Shown: in pieces, positions 22,105-31,666 of the stretch
How positions within the stretch are numbered: position 1 is the stretch's first letter
Layout of the letters: every line of letters begins with the position of its first letter
Source: an uncultured Chloroflexia bacterium
GTDB taxonomy: Bacteria > Chloroflexota > Anaerolineae > CG2-30-64-16
Length of the DNA: 64,000 nt
Direction: 5' to 3'
NCBI GenBank assembly: GCA_963810095.1
Contig: CAWEMM010000007.1
Coordinates: 192,001 to 256,000, forward strand
Program-made: the position numbers and the translations under genes
The notes under the pieces: generated by a model
Databases searched by the model: none
Told to the model about the DNA's origin: nothing
Seen by the model: only the letters and a program-made list of their open reading frames with translations

Positions 22105-23220
22105 TTGGGCCTGACTGCCTTCGGCGGTCCCTCGATGGTCGCCTACATCCGCAAGCTGGCCGTAGAGCGCAAGGGCTGGCTGAGCGCCCGGGAGTTCAGC
22201 GACGGCGTTGCTTTTTGCCAGATGGTTCCCGGGGCGACGGCAATGCAAGCAGCCGCCTATGTAGGCCTCCATCAACGAGGGGTCGGGGGCGCGGCGGCGA
22301 GCCTGGTTGGCTTCGGCTTGCCTGCCTTCTGCCTCATGCTGGTCTTTGCGGTCGTGTACACTCAAACCGGCGCGCTTCCCGCAGTGACTGCAGTGTTCAG
22401 CGGTCTGCAGGCGGTCGTCGTTGCGATCGTGGTCAACGCCGCCTTCTCCTTTGGGAAGACAACGCTCAAGCACTGGATGCACTGGCTGATCGCGATCGTA
22501 TCCGCGGCGCTATTCTGGCAGGGCATCAACTCGCTGTTCGTCATTCTGGCTGCAGGGGCAGCTGGCTGGCTGTTGCTGCCACGACCGGTGTCTTCAGGAG
22601 CCCCGGCCGCGCAGCCTGCCGGTATCCCACTCTACAAGCGATCATTAGCGCTTATCCTGGCAGTTGCCGGGATGGGACTGGTCGCGCTCTACTTCCTGGC
22701 GCCGGAGCTGTTCCGCCTGGCTTTGCTCATGTTCAAGGTCGATCTGATGGCCTTCGGCGGTGGTTTTGCCTCCGTTCCGATCATGTATCACGAGGTAGTC
22801 GAGGTAAACGGCTGGATGCCGGGTGGGGTCTTCATGAACGGCATCATTCTGGGCCAGGTCACTCCGGGCCCCATCGTGATAACCGCCACGTTCATTGGGT
22901 ACCTCCTGGCTGGCCTGCTGGGCGCAGTCATCGCTTCGATCTGCATCTTCTTGCCATCATTTCTGATTGTCATTGGTGTGGCTCCCTTTTACGGCCGGCT
23001 GGCGGCCTCGCCGGTCTTCAAGGGGGTCATTCAGGCGGTTCTCTGTTCGTTCGTGGGCTTGCTGGTTTCCGTCGCCTTCCGTTTTGGCCTGCAGGTCCAC
23101 TGGGACGCCATCCATGTTCTGCTCGCGGTCGGAGCGCTGGTGGCCTTGCTCCGTAAGGTTGATATCCTGTGGGTGGTCCTGGCTGGCGTCATCCTTTCGC
23201 TCGTACTGATTCGCGTGTAA
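22105..23220 (+). CDS. chrA: Chromate efflux transporter, long CHR (true start probably upstream, frameshifted)
   Basis: (GELFLSFLR)LGLTAFGGP, QMVPGA; second repeat AFGGG, GQVTPGP, IFLPSF. Confidence 0.9.
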   Translation: MGLTAFGGPSMVAYIRKLAVERKGWLSAREFSDGVAFCQMVPGATAMQAAAYVGLHQRGVGGAAASLVGFGLPAFCLMLVFAVVYTQTGALPAVTAVFSGLQAVVVAIVVNAAFSFGKTTLKHWMHWLIAIVSAALFWQGINSLFVILAAGAAGWLLLPRPVSSGAPAAQPAGIPLYKRSLALILAVAGMGLVALYFLAPELFRLALLMFKVDLMAFGGGFASVPIMYHEVVEVNGWMPGGVFMNGIILGQVTPGPIVITATFIGYLLAGLLGAVIASICIFLPSFLIVIGVAPFYGRLAASPVFKGVIQAVLCSFVGLLVSVAFRFGLQVHWDAIHVLLAVGALVALLRKVDILWVVLAGVILSLVLIRV

Positions 23221-23248
23221 ACCGTCGAGATACATTGGAGGTAACCGC

Positions 23249-24103
23249 ATGAAGCACGTCCCGTTCGTCGTCCTGACCCTCATTCTGATCGTAGTGCTAA
23301 CAGGTTGCGCAGGCACGCTGCCACCCGCAGCGGCTCCAGCCCCGACAACCGCACCAGCCGCGGCGCCAACTACGGCCCCCGCGGCTGCTAAGCTGGTTAC
23401 GGTGAAGGTGTTCGCGCCGTCCAGCATGATGGATGCCGTCAAAGAGATGACTGCGGCCTTCGAGGCGTCCAATCCGGGCGTCAAGCTTGCCGTCGAGATC
23501 GGACACTCGCCCACGCAGCGACTTCAGCTGACGCAGGGCGCGACCGGAGATGTTTTCATGACTGCCAGCCAGAAAGACATGGATGACGCAGTCACGGACA
23601 AGAGCGTCGCCGCCGGCGCTCCCCAGGTGTTCGCGAGGAATCAGCTCGTGGTCGTCATGCCGGCGAGCAATACGGCCAACGTTCAGAAACTGGAGGACCT
23701 GGCGAACCAGGGCGTAAGGTTATTGGTGGCTGTGGTCGACACGCCAATCGGCAAGGCCACGTTGAGCAGCTTGGATAAGATGGATAAGAAGTTGGGAGCG
23801 GGGTTCAAGGAGAAGGTGCTGGCCAATGTCGTATCCAACGAATCCGGGGTCAAGCCCATCGTGTCCAAGCTTCAGTTGGGTGAGGCTGATGCAGGCATCG
23901 TGTTTGTCACCGATGCCGTCGCAGCTCCAGCGCTCAAAACGGTCACCATTCCCCCCGACTTGAACATGATTAGCCAACTGAACGTAGCTCCACTTGCCAA
24001 AGCCCCGAACCCGGAACAAGCAGCGGCTTTTGCAGCATTTGTCACCTCAGCCCAGGGGCAGGAAATCCTGAAAAAGTGGGGATTCATGTCCGCGAAGCCG
24101 TGA
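23249..24103 (+). CDS. modA: Molybdate ABC transporter substrate-binding lipoprotein
   Basis: Lipobox LTGC; GDVFMTAS, FARNQLVV, GEADAGIVFVTD, GQEILKKWGF. Confidence 0.85.
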   Translation: MKHVPFVVLTLILIVVLTGCAGTLPPAAAPAPTTAPAAAPTTAPAAAKLVTVKVFAPSSMMDAVKEMTAAFEASNPGVKLAVEIGHSPTQRLQLTQGATGDVFMTASQKDMDDAVTDKSVAAGAPQVFARNQLVVVMPASNTANVQKLEDLANQGVRLLVAVVDTPIGKATLSSLDKMDKKLGAGFKEKVLANVVSNESGVKPIVSKLQLGEADAGIVFVTDAVAAPALKTVTIPPDLNMISQLNVAPLAKAPNPEQAAAFAAFVTSAQGQEILKKWGFMSAKP

Positions 24104-24176
24104 CGTATCGGTCGTGTAGTTGAGAGTTGAGGAGACATGCCGGAGAGGACAGGCGAGATGATGCGCACGGAAACGT

Positions 24177-25037
24177 TTGCCGGAGGCCGCAGCCCGGAAC
24201 CGGAAACCCGCGGCCAAGGTTAGCGACGTAGCCTACCACCAGAAGATCCACCGGGTTCGGCCACTGCTTGGTTTCATCCTGCTCGGCGGACTCGGGGCCC
24301 TTCTGCTGGCACTCCCGCTCCTGGTCCTGTTATGGCGTGGCGTAGGCGCGGGAATCGCAGGCTACCTGTCGCAGCCCTCCGTCATCGCCGCGGCCCGGCT
24401 GAGTCTCCTCACGAGTGGCACGAGCCTCCTTTTTACCCTGCTGCTTGGCACGCCTCTCGCTTACGTCTTGGCGCGCTGGTCGTTTCGCTACAAAGCCGTG
24501 GTGGAGACCGTCATCGACCTCCCGATCGTCCTGCCACCGATGGTGGCAGGGATCGGGCTGCTTCTCGCGTTTGGGCGAAAGGGCCTGTTGGGTGGACCGC
24601 TGCATGAGCTCGGCATTGCCCTCCCTTTCACAACGGCAGCGGTTATCTTCGCCCAAACCTTCGTTTCTGCTCCGCTTTACATCCGTGCCGCACGGCTTGG
24701 TTTCGGAGCCGTGCGGCCGGACATGATCGAGGCCGCCTACACCGACGGGGCATCCGAGTTCGTCATCTTCCGGCTTGTGATGGTACCGCTTGCCAGCCGG
24801 GCGATGCTGAACGGCCTCATCCTGTGCTGGGCGCGCGCCTTCGGCGAATTCGGCGCCACCATCATCTTCGCCGGTAATCTGGAAGGGCGCACCCAGACGA
24901 TGCCGCTGGTGATCTTCAATGGGTTCGAGACCAACCTGGGCGTCGCGTTGGGCATCTCGCTGGTGCTGATCCTGATTTCAACGACGATCTTGCTCGTCCT
25001 GCGCACGCTCGAGAAGAACACCAGCATCAACCTTTAG
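24177..25037 (+). CDS. modB: Molybdate ABC transporter permease
   Basis: DLPIVLPPMVAG, EAA loop EAAYTDGA, WARAFGEFGATIIFAGNLEGRTQTMPL. Confidence 0.9.
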   Translation: MPEAAARNRKPAAKVSDVAYHQKIHRVRPLLGFILLGGLGALLLALPLLVLLWRGVGAGIAGYLSQPSVIAAARLSLLTSGTSLLFTLLLGTPLAYVLARWSFRYKAVVETVIDLPIVLPPMVAGIGLLLAFGRKGLLGGPLHELGIALPFTTAAVIFAQTFVSAPLYIRAARLGFGAVRPDMIEAAYTDGASEFVIFRLVMVPLASRAMLNGLILCWARAFGEFGATIIFAGNLEGRTQTMPLVIFNGFETNLGVALGISLVLILISTTILLVLRTLEKNTSINL

Positions 25038-25206
25038 CTCATCTTCCGCTCGTGTTGGCGGAAGTCGGTGGCAAGGGGACTAACCTGATGACTGGGAACG
25101 CTGTTCGGGCGGCCGGACTGCGCTGGGCGCTCACAGCCTCAGGTTCGCCCGTCCGATAACTGTCTGTGTATCCGAGTCGGATGTCCGCTCGGCAACAGAG
25201 CAGAGT

Positions 25207-25400
25207 GTGGTCATCGCTCGCTCGGTGATTAACCGAGCCCAGTTGTTGCTGGCAGCCGAGTCTGCCAGCAACCTGAACGGGACGACCGAGGGCGATATTG
25301 TGGACCTATTCCGCAGCCTTCATGCCAACTTCGGGCTTACCATCGTCCTCGTCACGAACACGCCAACTTGCTTCGTCGGGTATGCGAGCGATCGAGATGG
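25207..25400 (+). pseudogene. Decayed ABC ATPase C-terminal fragment
   Basis: VIARSVINRAQLLLAAESASNLN...GLTIVLVTN is an eroded IARALxxxPxLLLADEPTGNLD...TIVLVTH; no Walker A. Confidence 0.6.
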
Positions 25401-25576
25401 CCGGCCGTCTTATCCTGGAAGCGTCGGGACCCTTGCGCAAGGGAGCGCACAGGGAGTACGCGATAAGCCAGTGAGATCAGGCGGATGGCCCGGCAGTCAG
25501 TGAAGCTCGGGGACAGATTCACCGGCTGCGCGCGAGCGTGCTCCGGGCATGGCGTGGAGGGTAGCCGGTTCCGCAG

Positions 25577-27121
25577 CTATCGCATTGGGCTCTCATTCGA
25601 GTCGCGAGGGTCGGGTTTTTTGCGTCCATGCGTTACGTTTGCGCCTGACGGACCCGCCTCGGTTTGGCGATCCGTGAAGTCCGGCGGCGCCGCGCTGCGT
25701 GCAACGCGTGGCGGTGCGACACGTGTCGCGGGTCGCGCAGGCCGGCGGCGCATCAGCAACAGCAGCGGCAGCAGCAGCAGCAGGGGCAGAAGCAGCAGCC
25801 ACCACGGGAAGCGGCCCTCGGGCTGCGCCGGCGCGGGCGTGATGGGCGCGACGACGGGGACGGGTGTGTCCGTCGGCGTCGCAGTCGGTTGGGCCGTGGG
25901 CGCGGCTGCGGGCGCAATGAAGCGGTACGCGACCGCTGCGCCGGCCGCGAGCGGGCCCGAGCCCTGCCCGAACGTCACCGTGGCCGAGTAAGGATAGGAA
26001 GCGTCGACCTGTCCCTCGCCCACCAGCCGCCAGGTCACCGACTGGGCCCCGCCGTTGACCGGCACGCTCGCCATGGGCTTGCGCTCGGTCTCGCCGTCCG
26101 CCAGCCGGAGCCCCTGCGGCAGGACCACCGTCGCCTCGCCACCCGTGAAGTCGGCATCCGACAGGTTCGCCACCCACAGCGTCGCATTGAATTCCGGGTC
26201 GTCGCTGGTAATGCTGACCGGCGCATCGATCCAGGCGTTGCCGCCTCCCACGCCGGCCAGGCCGTAGTAGGTGACCCATGTGGCCGAGGCGCCAGGTGCG
26301 AGCGCCTCCGGCTCCCAGTACATCGCCACCGCGTCTGTCGCCCACCGGCCTGGTCGGGTCCACCTGGTAGTCCCACGCGGTGTTCTTGATTTCAGGCCAC
26401 GTGGCGAAGACGAGCCGGTCCGGCTTTGTCGCGTCCTCCCCTGTCAGGATGCCCTGGCCCTTCAGGCTGGCGGGGCTATAATCTTGCGCCTCGAATGCTT
26501 TCCAGTACGCGGGCATCTGGTCGCCGGCGAACTCGCGTTCCGTGTCGAAGTTGCCCGAACCGGGGACGAAGAACGGGGCCCGGTCGTTGTCGCCGATCAT
26601 CGTGTCCAGCATGATCCGCAGGCCCGCCGAGATGGCTTGCCGCGACGTGTTCGTCGCGGTCAGCGAAATGCGGAAGGTGTCCGGCCGGTTGGTATACGGA
26701 TTTGTGACGGGTGTGAGCGTCTGCGTGATCGCCACGCCTTCGAACAGCCAGCCTGCCACGAGCGCACCGTTCTGATCCGCGGGCTCGGGTTCGTGCTCTG
26801 CAAGAGCGGCAGATCGCGCGCCTGGCCTTCGCTGACCACCCGCAGCGTCGTGAACGAGGTATATCCCAGCCCGCCGTGCCCGTACATCAATCGCCGGCCG
26901 TCGTCGTCTGCCGTGGCCGGATCGCCGCCCCGCGTTCCGATCGTATACTGGCCCCACTCGTTGGCCCGCGCCTCGATTTGCTCGTTACCCACGGTCACGG
27001 GTCCGCCGCTGTCGCGCTGGAGCGCGGGGCCCGCCAGTGCCATGTGCGGCAGCACCAGGGTTACGGCGAGCGACAGTGCGATCAAATAGTACAGCATCGG
27101 CCTGATCTCTCTCATTCGCAT
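25577..27121 (-). CDS. Secreted, C-terminally membrane-anchored surface protein (frameshifts near 26770 and 26335)
   Basis: Signal peptide; GLRIMLDTMIGDND beta-rich domain; Ig-like domain; Pro/Thr linker; TM FPWWLLLLPLLLLLPLLLLMRRR; cytoplasmic tail. Confidence 0.75.
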
Positions 27122-27124
27122 CGG

Positions 27125-30100
27125 CTACAACTCATTCCCGGCGTCCCCATCGTCTGGCGCGAGCGGCGTCACGTTGCTCAACCAGTCATCCAGGTCGAAC
27201 GGCGCGGGTGGTTCGACAGGCTCGTCCGGCGGCTCAGGGGGTCGGGCAGGCAAGTCGTCGGGCGGCGCCGCGGCACCGTGGCGGCTCAGCAGGCGAAACC
27301 TCCAGGGTCTCGAAGACCTCGGGTGCCGGGTGTGTCGGGGCCGGTTGGTCAGTCGAAAGTAGGGCGGCTGCGACCGCGGGGCCGGGCAAGCCCTCGGGGA
27401 TCCCTCGCCCGCGCAAGGGATGCACGACCTCGGAGGTCTGCCGCGGCGCGGCCGGTTCGGCCGTCTCTGGCGGTTCTGGACGGCGCGCCACCGGCAACAC
27501 CCGGCTGCCCGAGTTCTGCCGGGCGGCGACCAGGATCGCAAGCGCGTCGAACTCCTCCCACACGGCCGTCGCCCGTCGTCGCGGATCGACAAACTCCGCC
27601 CGGTCGCGGGCTTCGATTGCGGCCTGGTAGTCTCCCGCCAAGGCCCCCGCCCGCATCTCGTCGAGCAGCGGGTGGAGTCGTTCGCGCAGCGCTTCCAGCG
27701 CTTCGAGTTCGAGCCGCAGGTCGCCTGCCTCGTCGACGAGGCCGGCCGTTTTCTCGTCGTGGTCAAGCGCCTCTGGCGCGGTGCGACCGGGCGCCTCCAG
27801 CCCAACTTCTTCGATCGCCGCGGCATAGTGCCCGGCCGCGGCCAACCGGTGCGCTCGGGCCAGCCGCCGCACGACGCTGCCCAAGGCTGCTTCCCTTGCC
27901 TGCTCCGCCGCTGTCGAGCTTGCGGCCCCGCTCGCCAACTGCCACCAACGCATCAGCGCCGGCGCAACGAACTCACGCACGAGCGGATGGCTGGCCTCGC
28001 CCAGCAGGGCCGGCGGGACCGCTTGCCCCACCGTCGCTTCCGGTGCATCGAGCACGGCCAGCAGCGTGTGCCGGGCGTCGGCAGGCAGACCGCTCTCCCC
28101 ATCCGCTGCCGACTCGAGCGCGGCCTGGAACTGGGCCAGCGCGGAGAGCCGGTCGCCTGCGGCCGCCAGCGCGCGGGCGTTCCGCGTGCGGGCGCGCGTC
28201 TCGGTGAGGAGGGCAATTTGCCGTTCGACGCGCCGGAGCTCGGGGAGCACGTGCGGCGCAGCGACCGCATAGCTTTCTGCTAACCCGGCGCAAGAAGCAG
28301 CCGTTGCCAACTCGCCCCGTTCGAGCGCGGCCTTCGCCTGGGTCAGCCAACCCCGTGCCGCAGCCAGCGCGTCGTCCGAACCTTCGCGCAGCACCCGCTC
28401 CTGCGCGGCAAGCACGATTGGATCCGCGGTGCTCGCGGCGTAGGCCCGGAGCGCGGGCAGCGCTTCGACGCCGCGGCCCGCCGCGACCCGCTCGGCGGCG
28501 GTGTGCAGGACCGCGTTGCGCCGCTCCAGCGCCTCCACCTGCGCCCGAAGTTCCTCCCAGCGAGCGGGCAGCGGGTGGAGCGCGCCGCGGGCCGCCCGCA
28601 GCCCTGCACGGGCCGACTTGAGCGCGGCAATGGCTGCGTCCCAGTCCACCGCAACGAGGTCGCCATCCGCTGCGGGTTCGCACAGATCTCCCACCGTCTT
28701 GAGCGCGCGCTCCACCGGGTTCAGCGCCCGCTCCTCGGCTTCGGCCCGCGCCCGCGACTCCGCGGCCTCAGCCTGGGCAGCCAGCTCTGCCCGCCGTGCC
28801 GTGATTTCCGCCGTGACCCGGGCCGCTTCGCTCAGCGCGCCGGCCGGCGCAGACGTCAACTCGCCCACCTGCCGGCACAGCGCCAGCGCTGCGTCTTCGT
28901 CGCCCGCTTCGGCCCGGGCAGACGCGGCCGCGAGCAACTCGTCTGCCAGCCGGGCCGCCAGCCCCGGGGCGGTCTCCCACTGCTCGTACGCCCGGCGTAG
29001 CAGTTCGAGCCGCTGACTTGCCTGCGAGGTCGACCGGACTGCGTCGGCCTGGCCGAGCAGCTTCTTGACCTCTCTCTGGACGCGCTCGGTCTCCTTCAAG
29101 CCCGCCGCCAACTGCTCGCGCAGTTCCATAACGTCTGCCGCGTCGCCCCAACGGCCGCCCTCGACCCGTGCCAGGCCGTTCCGAAATGCGTCGCGGCCGC
29201 GTCCGGCATCCCGCGCGCCTAACGCCTCCCTGCCCTCGGCCAGCAGCAGCCGCGCCTGTTCGAGATCGGCCAGCGCCGCCCGCGCCTCGCCCAGCATCGC
29301 GTCGAGCACGGCCGCGACCTCGCCCAGGTCGCGCCCGCGTGCACCAATTGCCGCCTCCAGCGCTTCCCGGCTGGCCTGCCACCCTTGGCGGGCGGCTTCC
29401 AGGCGATGAGCCGCACGGTCACGCATCGCCTGGGCTGCGAAGAGCGCGGCGTCGCGCAACGCGGCGGCCTCGGCCTGCTCTGCCGCGGCGGTTGGATGCC
29501 CGGGGAAGATTTCGACTGTGGCCAGAAAGGCCGCGTGGGCGTGCTCGAACGCTTCCGCGGCCTCGTCAAATTCGTGTTCCACCACGGATGCGCGGCCCGC
29601 CGTGATTTCCTGGCGTCCCCGATCCATGTGCACGCGGAGGGCGATGGCCTGCCAATCCGGATTGCGGGGATGCTCGGCGCGCAGCGCGGCCAGCAGCGCG
29701 AGCGCGTCGTCCGTTCGCCCCTGGGCGAGCGCTTCGTTGACCGCGGCAAGTTGGTCCTGAATGCGGGTGAGGGCCCCGCGTGCCCGTTCGTGTAAGGCGG
29801 CCACGGGGCGGGCGAGCACGTCCTCGCGGCCCGTCAGTTCTTCGTCCAGCGCGGCAGCCAGCTCGGCTGCCAGGCGGTAATCTTGCCGTTCGAACGCCAA
29901 TTCGGCGAACTGGACCCGCTCGGAGACATTGCGCTCGGCAAACAGCTTGTCGCGCAACGCAGCGAGGGGAGCGGCCAGGCTTTCCCAACCACGCCCGTTC
30001 AGCGGCCGCAGAGTGTTGTCGAGCACCTCAAGCGCCTGGTCGAACTTGCGGCGTCCCGCAAGCACCTCGGCCTCCCGGCGGGCCGTGCCGATTCGCCGCT

Positions 30101-30452
30101 GCCACTCCTGGCCTTCCTGGGCCTCGCTGCGCAGCCCGTCGATCTCCGAGTGGTACTTCAGGATGTGGCTCAGCGCGCCGCGCGCCTGGGCCTGGTTCAG
30201 CACGCCGAGCGCTTCGTCGAAGCGGTGGGCGGCGAGCCCGGCGCGCGCCCTCGCCAGTGCCTGGCTCAGTTCCTCGTCGATGCTCTTCTGTTCCACCGCG
30301 TTGGCCCAGCCTTGGGCGGCCGCCGGCTGGTCGGGATGCGCGGCGAGAATCGCCTCGAACGCCGCGATAGCATCGTCCCAGCGGTAGTGGCTGAAATGCA
30401 CTTCGGCCTGGGCCAACCGGCCCCTGAGTTCGCTGTCTTTCATCTTCATCAC
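27125..30452 (-). CDS. ~1100-aa TPR-like alpha-solenoid protein (frameshift near 27260)
   Basis: Ala/Leu/Glu/Arg helical pairs (WDDAIAAFEAILAAHPDQPAA, FDEALGVL, DYQAAIEA); Pro-rich linker; acidic tail FDLDDWLSNV. Confidence 0.75.
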
Positions 30453-30467
30453 TGCTCAGAGCGACTT

Positions 30468-30560
30468 GGACGCGGATGACGCAGGATGGGGCGGCCCTTC
30501 ATGAAGGTGCGACCCGGTTTTTCATCCTGAAGAGCCCGTCGATCTGCATCATTTGCGCTC
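30468..30560. repeat. Imperfect intergenic palindrome (GGACGCGGAT-type)
   Basis: GGACGCGGATGACGCAGGAT...GATCTGCATCATTTGCGCTC; related elements at 43179 and 56619. Confidence 0.55.
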
Positions 30561-31562
30561 TCTTGCATCTTCATGCTCCAAAAACGCCACCCGGCCGTTT
30601 GCCAGTCCGGCCGCGATCTCGCCCGTCGCTGCGACGGCAACCGAGAGCACGGTCGACGCGAACAGCAGGTCGCAACGGGCTGTGACCCGGCCGGTGAATG
30701 CGCCAATCTGCCAGAGTTCGCCCGTGTTCGTGCCTGCGACGAGGACCGGGCGCCCGGGGACGGCCTGCAGCGCCGTGATCGTGACGCCCGGTGGGCAGGC
30801 GAGCGACCAGGCTGTGCCTCGCAGCCCCGCGTCAAGCCCGACCAGCCGGCTGGATCCGGGGGACGCCTCGGTGTCGTGGCCCGCGGCGGTGTGGATCACG
30901 GCCGCGACGGCCAACGGAGCGGGCAGGCTCGCCAGGAGCGTCACACGGCCGGCCATAACGATCGACTTGCCGGGCTTGCCAAGTGCAGCGTCGATGGCGA
31001 CGATTTCGCCCGTCCTCGGAGCTGCGCCACCCAGCGCGGCAGCGTAGATCGTCCGGCAGTCGGGGCTGATGGTTGCGTGCCAGGTGCGCCGTGCACCAGC
31101 GGTCCCTTCTTGCGGGCCCAGCCGCCAGAGCAGTTGCCCCCGGCCGTCTAGCAGCGTGAGCCCCAACGCATGATGGCCGAGAGCGATCAGCCCTTCCCTC
31201 TCGGCGCCGGCCTGCGGCGCGAAGTCCAGGCTGTACAGATCGTCCTGCTGTTCCCAGATGCCGACTGCCGCCACCCGCAGCTGGTCGTGCGGGTTGTCGC
31301 TCGCTTCCCGGCGAAAGTCCAGCCGGTACAGACGCCCGGCCCGCTCCAGCGCGATGCCCGCGTCGAGCCGGGGCGACAGCCCGACCCGGCTGAACGCCGC
31401 GCCATGCCGCTCCAGCCGGCACTGCACGTTGCCCCGCCTGTCAAGCAACTGCAAGCCGTGCTCCGAGCCGACCAGCAGGTGGTCGCCGTCGCCGGAAAGT
31501 GCGACGGCATGCACCGGCCCGCCCAGGCTGTGAAAGCGGCTCAACCGTAGAGGATTTATCAT
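30549..31562 (-). CDS. WD40/PQQ-like beta-propeller protein, cytoplasmic
   Basis: GPVHAVALSGDGDHLLVGS, LDGRGQLLW, VLSVAVAATGEIAAGLANGRVAFL; no signal peptide. Confidence 0.75.
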   Translation of the reverse strand: MINPLRLSRFHSLGGPVHAVALSGDGDHLLVGSEHGLQLLDRRGNVQCRLERHGAAFSRVGLSPRLDAGIALERAGRLYRLDFRREASDNPHDQLRVAAVGIWEQQDDLYSLDFAPQAGAEREGLIALGHHALGLTLLDGRGQLLWRLGPQEGTAGARRTWHATISPDCRTIYAAALGGAAPRTGEIVAIDAALGKPGKSIVMAGRVTLLASLPAPLAVAAVIHTAAGHDTEASPGSSRLVGLDAGLRGTAWSLACPPGVTITALQAVPGRPVLVAGTNTGELWQIGAFTGRVTARCDLLFASTVLSVAVAATGEIAAGLANGRVAFLEHEDARERK

Positions 31563-31573
31563 GGCATTAGCCG

Positions 31574-31658
31574 TCACACGAAGAACCCAAGAAACAAAGA
31601 TGCACAAAGACTTTTTAGGTGGCTTCGTGTAACTTCGGTTCTCCGGTTCTTTGTGTGA
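31574..31658. repeat. Intergenic palindrome with periodic CACAAAGA-like arms
   Basis: TCACACGAAGAACC...GGTTCTTTGTGTGA termini; internal ACAAAGA repeats. Confidence 0.6.
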
Positions 31659-31666
31659 TCTCTTCC

